Assembly (NCBI GenBank): GCA_018398765.1
Contig: JAHBMJ010000408.1
Coordinates: 1-48,461, forward strand
DNA from: Chromera velia
Taxonomy: Eukaryota
Reading direction: 5' to 3'
DNA length: 48,461 nucleotides
Below, in pieces: positions 38,256 to 48,461 of this stretch. The notes under the pieces are model-generated. The model made no database searches, had not been told where the DNA came from, and was given only the letters and a program-made list of their open reading frames with translations. Position numbers and translations under genes: made by a program. Within the stretch, counting starts at the first letter, position 1. Each line of letters starts with the position of its first letter.

Positions 38256-38881
38256 CTTCGATCGTTGCTCTCTTCTTCTTTTGGATCCAACAGTCTTGGA
38301 TTGGGCTTCCACCACACTGAAGAGCTGTAGCACCTTATGAAACTGCCAGAACAGAGCCGGTGAGGAAAGATGCTCTGCTGATCGATGTGTGTGAAGTCCA
38401 CTGAGGAGGGTATTCGAAGGAATTCAGAGCTCAACGTAACTGAACTGTACTGAGCTTGAGTGGACTCGCGGGAGTAGAATCTCAGTGCGGCATGTTGCAC
38501 ATTGGGCCCGCGGCCCGCTCCGCGGCCGCGGGCCGCGCAGACGTACCCCGGCGCGCGCGGCCGGGCGGCCATGCAGGGACTGCTTTCCGGGGCCACGAAA
38601 GCTCGGCCCACCAAAAAAAAGCAGGCCGGAGACTGTGTCATGCACTTTGTTTGCATGGTCAGCTCTGAGATTCTTTGAGATCTTGTGCGCAGTGACATGA
38701 GGCACCTTGCTCTGCGCATCATCGTCGCAGGGTCAGATTCACGGTGTACGAAAGCATCTGGCGTTCGAGCGACTTCGCCTTCCTAGTCACTGCACGCCTA
38801 AGTCAGACGATTTCAAACAGAGGTTTTACAGTGTCAGCGATCAAGCTCTGGCTTAAATTTGCACGAAAGAGAAGAGCAGAC
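38256..38881. promoter_or_regulatory. Probable bidirectional promoter of HRD1 and ATG3
   Basis: 626 bp between divergent ATGs with a near-pure GC core at about 38504-38570. Confidence 0.6.
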
Positions 38882-41187
38882 ATGCAGACGAGGCACCAGA
38901 TCGCCGACAGCATCAGGTCTTTCATTGGTGCGTGGACTCCGGTCCCGTCCAAGTCACAATTCGCAGAGAAGGGGACTCTGACGCCCCAGGAATTCTTGGA
39001 AGCAGGAGAACAGCTGACTTACAAGTTTCCTTCCTGGCAATGGTTGGTCCACTGGAATGAGGTTCTTGTGTGAGAGTGTCGTCGCGTAGTCGCTCTTTAC
39101 TTCTATACCTCTTGTTCTTGCACTATTTCTTCATGTTCGTTCTGCCTCTTCCTTTCCCCTCCTTCTCTCAGGCAAAGTGCGGCATCGAAACATCAGGTCC
39201 CATGGCTCCCTCCCGACAAGCAATTCCTCACCACCAAGGGGGTCGTGTGCAGTACTAGGGTGAAGGATCTGGATGACTCTTTCAAAGAGAGGGTGCGTCT
39301 GTGAGTGGGTCTGTAATTCTGAGAGATGATGATGGGCGGATAGCAGAAAAGGCAGGAATCTTTTGGTGTGGGGGGGAGGGAGGCAAGTAGTGGACAGGTT
39401 CAGGCCGGTCTATGAGGTTTTCAAATCGACCGGACCTCCATGTAAATCTTATTTCTTGCAAAACCCTTGCATTCCTTTGGGTTTTCTCTTCCCGTTGTTC
39501 GGTGCGTCTTTCCGCCTGAACGAATTTCTGACTGCTTCGACACCTGCATGGCTTCCTTCCTGACTGCAGACGAAGATGGATGAGGACTGGCTTCTTCCGG
39601 TTCTGGACGGGGACGACGGGAAGGAGGAAGGGATGGAGGAGCTTGATGAAGTGCCTGAAACACAACAGGGGGAGAGGGGGATACCTGGTCAGTCTCTGTC
39701 AACCAATCTGTCACTCAGTTGTTGAAACGGTCTTGGAGCATGCTGGAGGAAAGAGGGGAAGGAGGCAAAGAAAAAAAAGAGGGTGATTTGCTCAAGAAAA
39801 GAAATGCCGAGAAGAATTTCTCAATCACTCACTCACCCAGGGAAAAGGGGGGTCGCTCAGGAGAGCGTTAGCGCAGTCGGGCAAGAGAGAGACTAAGGTC
39901 TCTGTGTTTTGGTCAGCAGAGACTCTCGTTCGTTGTTTGTGTCTGATACGAACTGTGCAATCATGGCTTTGTTTTCTGATAGCAGTTCACGCACTGTGCG
40001 AAAAAGGGGGGGGCTGCATGGGAATGGAATGCGGAGACTGTTGGACAGTGTCTGGGTTGCTGTGTGTGCAGATATGAGCAAGCTGAGCTTGAATGGAGCT
40101 GCAGCAGCGGTCAGTCTGGTTTGCTGGTGTGCAGGTGGCACTTTCTCGCTCTGCCAAGATCGTCTGTCTTGATTTCCAGGCGACACTCAGTTTTCTATGT
40201 CGCTTTTTTTGTGTCCTTTCCGTTTCTTCGAGAGAAGACCGGGGATTTCTTTTCTCTCTCGATTCCTTCCTTCCTTCCTTCCTTCTTGTCTTGCTTGTTT
40301 TTTCTTCTCCCTGTTCTGGCGTCATGGCCTTCCGCCTCGTTGACTTCTGTTTTTCCACTTGCATCTGCTCAAGCGTCGATGCATTTCTTCGTTCCGTGTG
40401 CCTGCAGGCTCCTGTCCAGGAACAAGGAGGGGGGGAGGAAGAGATCGAGGAGATCGAAGAGATGGGCGAGTTTGACGACATCGACCAAATGGTCATGGTC
40501 AGTCATTCAGTCAGTCAGTCTGGGGTGGGGGCGAGTCTGTCTGCATGTGAAAACGGCGACAGATGAAGTCCTCGCGTGTGTGTGTTGGAGTGTGCTGTGT
40601 GGAGTGTCTATCGGGCCGAGTCTGTCTGCATGTGAAAGCGGCGACAGATGAAGTCCTCGCGTGTGTGTTGAAGTGTGCTGTGTCGTGTGTCTATCGGGCC
40701 GAGTCTGTCTGCATGTCAAAGCGGCGACAGATGAAGTCCTCGCATGTGTGTTGAAATGTGCTGTGTCGTGTGTCTATCGGGCCGAGTCTGTCTGCATGTG
40801 AAAACGGCGACAGATGAAGTCCTCACGTGTGTGTGTTGGAGTGTGCTGTGTGGGGTGTCTGTCGGGCCGAGTCTGTCTGCATGTGAAAACGGCGACAGAT
40901 GAAGTCCTCGCGTGTGTGTGTTGGAGTGTGCTGTGTCGTCTGTCTGTCGGGCCGAGTCAGTGAGTTAGTCAGTCAGTCAGTCGGTAAGTTAGTCAGTCAG
41001 TCAATGAGTCAGTCAGTAAGTCAGCCAGTCAGTCAGTGAGTCAGTCAGCAAGTGATTCAGTAAGTCAGTCAGTGAGTCAGTCAGCCAGTGAGTCAGTAAG
41101 TCAGTCAGTGAGTTAGTCAGTCAGTCAGTCAGTCAGTCAGTGAGTTAGTCAGTCAGTCAGTCAGTCAGTAAGTCGGTCGGTCGGTCG

Positions 41188-41218
<31 letters not shown>

Positions 41219-44200
41219 GGTCGGTCGGTCAGTCAGTCAGTCGGTCGGTCGGTCAGTCAGTCGGTCGGTCGGTCAGTCAGTCGGTCGGTCGGTCAGTCGG
41301 TCGGTCGGTCGGTCAGTCAGTCAGTCAGTCAGTAAGTCGGTCGGTCGGTCGGTCGGTAGGTCAGTCAGTCAGTAAGTCAGTCAGTAAGTCGCTGGGTCGG
41401 TAGGTCAGTCAGTCAGTTAGTCAGTCAGTCAGTAAGTCGGTGGGTCGGTAGGTCAGTCAGTCAGTTAGTCCGTCAGTCGGTCGGTCGGTCAGTCAGTCAG
41501 TCAGTACGTCGGTCGGTCGGTCGGTCGGTCAGTCAGTCAGTCGGTCGGTCGGTCGGTCGGTCGGTCAGTCAGTAAGTCAGTCGGTCGGTCAGTCAGTCGA
41601 TCCGTCGGTCGGTCGGTCAGTCAGTCAGTCAGTAAGTCGGTGGGTCGGTAGGTCAGTCAGTCAGTTAGTCCGTCAGTCGGTCGGTCGGTCAGTCAGTCAG
41701 TCAGTAAGTCGGTCGGTCGGTCTGTCGGTCAGTCAGTCAGTAAGTCAGTCGGTCGGTCGGTCAGTCAGTCAGTCGGTCAGTCGGTCAGTCAGTCGATCCG
41801 TCGGTCGGTCGGTCAGTCAGTCAGTCAGTCGGTCAGTCAGTCAGTCAGTCGGTCAGTCGGTCAGTCAGTAAGTCGGTCGGTCAGTCAGTCAGTCGGTCGG
41901 TCGGTCGGTCGCTCGGTCAGTCAGTGAGTCAGTCAGTAAGTCGGTCGGTCGGTCAGTCAGTCAGTCGGTCGGTCGGTCGGTCAGTCAGTCGATCCGTCGG
42001 TCGGTCAGTCAGTCAGTCAGTCGGTCGGTCAGTCAGTCAGTCGGTCGGTCAGTCGGTCAGTCAGTCGGTCGGTCGGTCAGGCAGTCAGTCGGTCGGTCGG
42101 TCGGTCGGTCAGTCAGTCAGTCAGTCAGTCAGTCAGTGGGTCGGTCGGTCGGTCAGTCCGAGGGTGGCCGATCGATCAGATGATGAGGATGTTTCAAATG
42201 AAGAAACTGAAGGTTCTCAGTAAATCGCAGTCGTTTCACTTTTCATAAAGCTGCGCTTGTCCATGATAAAGTACATGCTTCTTCTGTAGTCGTTTCGGAG
42301 CAATCGGAGAGGGTGATCGTGTGGGACGGCCTTCTGTGATGGAGGCTTTCGTACTGCGCTTTCTCCTGATGTTTCTTTTGGCTTTTCCATGTCACCAGTA
42401 CGTTCAGATACCGTTGCAGCTTCGTGGCTCTCGCGGTCCCGTCTGTGTACGAAGACTGGAAAGGGGAGGGGCGGTAGGAGACGACGTTCCTTTTCTGTTT
42501 TTGCCTTGATCATGACTCTCTTTCTACTTGATTGGTTGGTTGATTGATTTATTGGTCGGTTGATTGATTGATTTTGCAGGAACAGGAACAGAAGATGCCA
42601 CGAGATCCCGCAACGACGGCAGGCCCCGTCTCCTCTGGCGCTGCTGCTTCCTCGTCCTCTTCCTCCTCGTCCTCCTCTAGCGTTCCTTCGAAGCAGAACG
42701 CGGGGGGGAGCGCTCCAGGGGGAGGGGGCATCCTGGGGGGGGGAGGGTCTGAGATGATGGTGGCAGAGGCGCCCCGTCAGTTTCTTTCTTTCATTAATTC
42801 ATTTCATTCTTTATTTTTCTTGGGGGTCGTTTCTTATTGTCCATGTCTTGCATTCGATCTTTCTTTTTGTTCCTCTTGCCCCCCAGAGTTTTGTCTTTTG
42901 TCGTTCTTCCTCTCGTACTCCATGATGGTCGAACGAGGGATTCCAAATGCATGTGCTTCTAACCGCCCCTCAATTTGTTGTTCTTTTTTCTTCTTCTTGC
43001 CGTCATGCGCGATTTGTTTGAATTCCCTTTTTTCCTTTTGGCGTTCTGTATCTCTTGGCGGTTTGTCGGCCTGTGCAGCAAGCCTGGGATCTCGAACGTA
43101 TGACTTAACAATCACATACGACAAATACTACATGACTCCTAGGCTTTGGCTCTTCGGGTATGATGAGGTGAGTCGGTCGGTCGGTGTGCATCATGGTGGT
43201 CGGCTGTCCTGTGTTCATCTTTCTGCGCTTCCAAGAAGCTGGACGGATGAATGAAGACGTGAAAGGCTTTCTTACATTGCTTTCTTTTCTTCTTCTGCTT
43301 CCTTCTCTCTTCACTTCCGTTCTCAAGTTTCCTTCAGAGGAGGCTCTGTTTCGGCCGCTGCGTCTGGTCCTCCTGCTGTTTCGAGTCAGAGGAAGGACTG
43401 GGGGAGAAGGATCTTGCATTGGTGCCAGGAGCCGGAAAGGACCGCACAATTAGAGGCGCATCGTTGTTTTTCACTTTCCTGTCTGGTTGCTTTTCTGACT
43501 GTCTCTTTGTAGAAAGGCGGGAAGCGAAAATGGGGTAGTCGGCCTGTTGCTCTCTCTCTTGGGCTGTTTTTCTTTCTTTTTTTCTTTCTGTTCGCGTGTC
43601 TGCCTCTTTCTCTCAACCAAATCTTTGTCTGTCAGTGGTTGTTCGCCTGTGTCGGTTTACCGCGAAGCAGAAAGAAAAGAAAAACCGGTGTTTCTGCCTG
43701 CACCCCTTTCGTCTCTCCCTCTTTTCGTCTGTTCCAAACCAAACCACGCCCCCCCCCCAAAAAACAGAGCGGTCGGCCTCTGAAGCCTCAAGACATCTTC
43801 GAGGACGTCCTCACGCAGTACGCGTCCAAGACGGTCACCGTGGACCCCCATCCTTGTACGGGTATCCCCACAGCCTCTATTCATCCCTGCAAACACAGCC
43901 AGGTCAGGCAGAGGGAAAGCCTGCGAGAAGAACCGCTCGAAGAGAGAATGTGTCTTTCTCCATATGTTCAACTTCCTTATGGCAGGCTTCCTTTTTGGCC
44001 GTCCATGCTGAACTTCCTCCTCCTCCTTTTCCTTCTCGCCCTCGCGTGGTGTTTGTCTTTTAGTTTCCTCGCAGTTTTTCCCGCCCACTGCACTCTCCGT
44101 TCCCTTTGCTGTTCTGTTTTCTGTGTCCTCCTCTGGCACCTCTATTTTGCTTTCGTAGATCTCCCATGCACACTGGCTTGATTTGCCTCTCACAGGTGAT

Positions 44201-44570
44201 GAAGAAAGTGGTTGATCAGTGGATAGAAGAGGGCGCAGAACCACGGTTAGTCGGGGGTTGGCTGGATACAGCTGTGGGTACAGTAGGGGAACTTGAAAGG
44301 AGAAGAAGAGAACTGACTGAACGAGAGTGACGCCATTTCGAGTTTGTGGGGCTCGTTCCTTTCACTGTGCTTCCATCCTTCCTGTTTCCTCTCTCTTTCT
44401 TTCTGCATCAGCTCTGGTTTTTGTGCCGCTTCTTACCTCCTGTCGTCTCTTCCTTGTGCAGGCACGACCTCTCGCTGTTTGTCTTTCTGAAGTTCATGTC
44501 TTCGGTGATACCCACGATCAACTACGACTTCACCATGGACATCGACGGACAAAAACTTGCCCGAAGATGA
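38882..44570 (+). CDS. ATG3: Autophagy E2-like enzyme ATG3, about 368 aa, 10 exons
   Basis: Exons 38882-39042, 39172-39292, 39570-39687, 40072-40109, 40408-40497, 42580-42775, 43079-43167, 43768-43902, 44196-44245 and 44462-44570; motifs [31 protein letters not shown], catalytic IHPCKH and FLKF...VIPTINYD. Confidence 0.96.
40533..40958. repeat. Minisatellite, five 83-85-bp units, in ATG3 intron 5
   Basis: Units start at 40533, 40618, 40701, 40784 and 40869 (GAGTCTGTCTGCATGT...TCGGGCC). Confidence 0.93.
40959..42157. repeat. About 1.2-kb (GTCA/GTCG)n tetranucleotide array in ATG3 intron 5
   Basis: Continuous GTCA, GTCG and GTAA units. Confidence 0.96.
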
Positions 44571-45955
44571 GAGAAAGCATTGGAAGAGAGGGAATTCAAG
44601 AGAGGTGTTGCGGAGGAAGCCAGAAAGGCAGAGGTGGAATCCACCCTCTGATCTCTTCTCTCTCATCTCTGAGTGTGGAGGCAATGGGAGGGCCTGCAGT
44701 AGAAGGAAAAGGGGGGAGACAGGCGTCAAAGCGCTACGTGGTTGAGCCAAGGTGGGCGGAGAAACGAGACCGCGTCTCCTGACTGGTAAGATGGTGGAGC
44801 CCTGTCGCTCGCATTGCTTAAGGGTGAAGGTAGGGGGGGCGTTTTTTGGGGTGAAGAGGCAAGGATGTGTGACAATATGGATGGAAAAGAGGAGAGCGCT
44901 GGCAGGCAGGCAGGCAGGTCGCATGGATGCGTGGTTTTGCTCTCGCTCTCCGATGGTGAAGAGAACCTGTAAGCGGGCGAGTTGATCAGAGAGCGAAAAA
45001 AAAAGAAACGGCAATGGGGGTCGGCCGGTGAAGCGAGACTCCCTCTGTCTGTCTGTCTGTCTGTCTGTCTGCGTGTGATCGTCGACGTCCTGTCTCTTTC
45101 CTTTCCATTTCCTGATCAGGCGTTTCTTTTATTTTTTTCTTTCTTGTCAGTGGTGCATGGGATGGAAAGTCGGAGGGAGGCATAACGTCTGGTCAGTCAG
45201 GCGTGGAAAGGAGACAGGGGAGTAACAATAGAACACAACTAACGGGGGAAAGGGGAGGGGACTGGGACTTTCGTTGCATTCACAAACATGCGGTTCAAAA
45301 TCTGTGTGCACGATAAATTAGACGCTAAACTTGTCACATTTTCCGCAAATCCTTCTGTTTCTCTCACTGAAGAACTGTGTCTCACCAAGATTTGTCTTCA
45401 AACTTACGCTCCGCTTAATGATTCGTCCATGTATAGCATACATATACGTCAATACTGTTTAATGATAAATAAATTGACAAAAAGATGACTGCGACTTGGA
45501 TTAATAAGATTTCAAAGTTATTTTTGAGATTTTGGAATTTATCTAGAAATTTATTTTAATTATTTAACCGTTGTGATAAAAGTTGTGTAGGCGCTAGACA
45601 CTTTAGACAGTTGTATCGGTACGTATCGGCCTATCTGGAATGCTGTTAAGAGCTAGTAGGGCTAGCCTAGCCGCTAGCCCGTGCTGCTGAGTCGTGCATC
45701 ATGTTACCGTGCATGAAGGGCCCTTAAAGCAGTTAGAGATAGTTAAGCTAGTAGTTGAGTCACAACTAGTTGGATCGGCTTATTTCTAAGCTAATCTAGG
45801 CTGTCTAAGCGGTCCAGAAGCCACAAAAACTCGTAGAATGAAAAAAATAGATGAAAACTAAGCGTAAACGTTAGTACGGTCCAGTACGGATAACATCGGA
45901 TCGATTATGGATGATGCTTTCCATATATGGAGCACTACGTCAGAAGTATAAGAGT

Positions 45956-46021
45956 AGGGATAGCTATCGTATCGATATCGTATCATATCGTATCGGTATC
46001 GGTATCGAAGTATCGACTATC
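45956..46021. repeat. (TATCG)n-like short tandem repeat, possible transposon subterminal remnant
   Basis: TAGGGATAGCTATCGTATCGATATCGTATCATATCGTATCGGTATCGGTATCG. Confidence 0.5.
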
Positions 46022-46638
46022 AGTTCTTTCTTAAACGGCCGAGTATACACAATACGATTAGGAGTAACCACTACTTTGGTAGTTATGTTGTTTTGATATT
46101 TATTTACATTTTAAAGCAATAAAAAGACTTTTTTTACCAGTTTTATTACTGAATAAAACAAAATAACTGGTGTTACATCAAAGAAATACTTATTATTAAT
46201 GTGAACAACACTTAGTACCATGACCGAGTTACTCTTAACCATACTGTGTAAGTTAGTTAGTTAGTTCTCCATGAGGTCATAAACTAAACTAACTAACTAA
46301 CTAAAGATCACGCCTAGGCATGTCAATATATGTTTAGATATATCTTTATATATACATGTTATCGCTAATTAGAGTCTAATAAAATTTAGAGGATTAAGCC
46401 GAAAAAAAAAAAACATCATACGAACTGGCGTCGCCGTCCGACCTGAGCCGTCCTGGCGCTGCCAAGCAGCCCAGGACAGGCATAAAGTTACTAAAGTACC
46501 TTGACAACCCTTATACAACCCTTCCACATCCAGTTGTAAGTACTAATGTAAGTACGTGACTCCGAGTTTGGATGCAAATGAACTTGCTATTAAGCTGTAG
46601 CTATTATATATTATTAAGTTTGTTTCTTACATACAATG

Positions 46639-46923
46639 TCATACAGTCTTTTCTTTTTGTAGTTGAAGCACTTTCTTTGGCACTTTTTTATAAAGAGATG
46701 ATGAAAGCACGGCTTGAACTTGAAAAATCGTCAACCCCCCCCGTCTTGTGAGATCTGCGTGGACCCCATCGGTTTCGGTCTTCACTCCGTCAGGACCCCC
46801 TGGTTCAGCCTTCTCTTTCAACTGTGAAGTCTTGGAGTTGGAAATGGACAGTATCAAATGCTCCAGTACTCTGACGGACAAGATCGCATTTAGGACCCTT
46901 GCCTTGCACCAACTGAGTTCGTA
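46639..46923 (-). CDS. Possible terminal exon of a hypothetical gene extending beyond the window
   Basis: CAG acceptor then a 285-nt open frame (YELSWCKARVL...KEKTV*); intron-like pyrimidine tracts upstream on the minus strand; no homology recognised. Confidence 0.3.
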   Translation of the reverse strand, partial: YELSWCKARVLNAILSVRVLEHLILSISNSKTSQLKEKAEPGGPDGVKTETDGVHADLTRRGGLTIFQVQAVLSSSLYKKVPKKVLQLQKEKTV

Positions 46924-48461
46924 CTGGGGTTACCGGAATGTTCGGCTGAGGTCACGTGACGTCAATGGGGGATCCCGTTGGACTGCGCACACACATGCAT
47001 TCATTCATGCAGACGGACGGCGGAGGCGGGGGGGCATGACGGGCTTTCTCGCAACTTTCCGCAGAGCCAGCCAGCCACTCCGACACTTAGCTCGTTTCTT
47101 TGAAGTTCGTTCGACAAGAAAAAAAAGACAGGAAAGCAAGGAAGCAGGCAGGTAAGTGGTTGTTCTCGGTTGACGTATACGTAAAGGGAAGAGCTGGTAT
47201 GAGAGAAAAGAAATTGCAAACTGGGCAAAGAAGCACAAAAAAAAAAAAGAGTCGAAGAGAGGAGAAAAAAAAAAAAAACGCAAACGGGCACATGCTAACG
47301 GAACACGCGAAGTCCAAGTTTTTTGGGCTAAGGAGAATAATTTTCAGCACTGCATCTCCTCTATCAATGATTTTTCGCCACGTCTGTGCGCCTCTTTTGC
47401 CTTTTCCCGGTCTCTTGCGACAGAGCTCAAAGAAGGAGACCATAGGGGAAAACAGAAACGAGATCCAAAGAGTAAAAAAAAAAATGCAGAAAAGGTCCGC
47501 TTTTTCTTCCTGTGATCTGTCTTTTTCTCTTTTGTTTTCTACGGCTCCTATCCCCTCTCTTTTGCGAGTAGAAAGAAGCAGTCCGGGGAAGGAGACACAC
47601 ACGACGACCGGCCGTTCCAAGTTGAACACAACAAGCGGGGGAATGCGGCCAGGGGAGAAAAAGAGAACAATCCGGTGGGTCCCGGCTCCCCCCCAAAAAA
47701 GCCCTCGGGAGAGATTCCAAGGGAGTAAGATCAAGAAATAAAAGTGGAGAAACAAAGCAAAGACATGCAAGGTACGCGCAGCTGCCCCCCTGCCTGACTA
47801 TCGGAATAATTCACTCACAACCAGCCCCCCCTCCGTACACACGCATACGCAAGCACGTCCGTACACACAAAAGGAAGAGACACGAAGACCGGCGTTCTTC
47901 CTCAAAGCGCTCTTCTGTCCGTCTCATCTCTGTGCCCGTTTGTCAACTGACTTCCTCTCTTTCCACCCATCTATCCATTTTTATGATACAGCGCCGTTCA
48001 CGAAGAAGAAATGAAAGAACGACACCACGAAAGAGGGGGGACAAAGACGCACAGCGGCCAGACGGGAAGGAAGGAGCAAGCACCTTGGCTTTTTCCCTTG
48101 CTGCCTGCTATTCCCCTCTGCTCCTCTTCCGTGCTACTGTCTTATTCTTTTTCGTTTCTATTGCCCCCCTCGATCGAACAAGCAATCAATCAAAACATCC
48201 ATGCATTCACGCATCTGTTCTCGAAACAAACATTCATGCCCCTCCCTCTCCCCTTCGCCTGTCTTTAGAGGTCGGTTACCCAACCTCGCTCTCCCTTCTG
48301 CTTATCGCACTGTCAAACGGCCGGGCTCACGTATGAACTTTCTACCCAGCCTCCTTCGATCGTGTGATCCTTCTCCCTTGTGTGCACGTCATCTTTGTTG
48401 ATCGTGCTACGTCGTGAATCTTGGTGACTTCAATGAAGAATCGGTCGCAACTGCAAAAGGC

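Noticed and set aside
40533..40958. CRISPR array or hammerhead-ribozyme repeat
   Set aside because: No unique spacers. CAGATGA and GAAA are present, but the core is not CUGANGA and the spacing leaves no room for the required stems.
41924..42223. SVGR/SVSQ repeat protein
   Set aside because: Translation of the intronic tetranucleotide array; ATG3 splices in frame without it

Overview
Intron-rich eukaryotic DNA, most likely an apicomplexan-related alveolate (inferred from the ATG3, HRD1 and RPL21 sequences; species not determinable). GC-rich, microsatellite-laden gene blocks alternate with AT-rich transposon islands. Spliced genes: an unresolved hypothetical gene (-), a 7-exon secreted hypothetical protein (-), a head-to-head RPS30/RPL21 pair, a RAD51D-like paralog with degenerate Walker motifs (+), a head-to-head HRD1/ATG3 pair, and a possible gene 3' end at the right edge. 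Mobile DNA: a non-autonomous LTR element with non-canonical CG...CG termini (13894-17412), a dead chromodomain Ty3/gypsy element (23933-31588) with three nested insertions, two copies of a poly-G-ended MITE, a palindromic-TIR MITE, a long-TIR foldback-like element, and short (A)ATCCT-tailed fragments. The strongest signal is that the repeat pairs differ overwhelmingly by C>T/G>A transitions, in CpA as well as CpG context, resembling fungal RIP in a non-fungal genome. Exon models and counts were made by hand and need computational confirmation.
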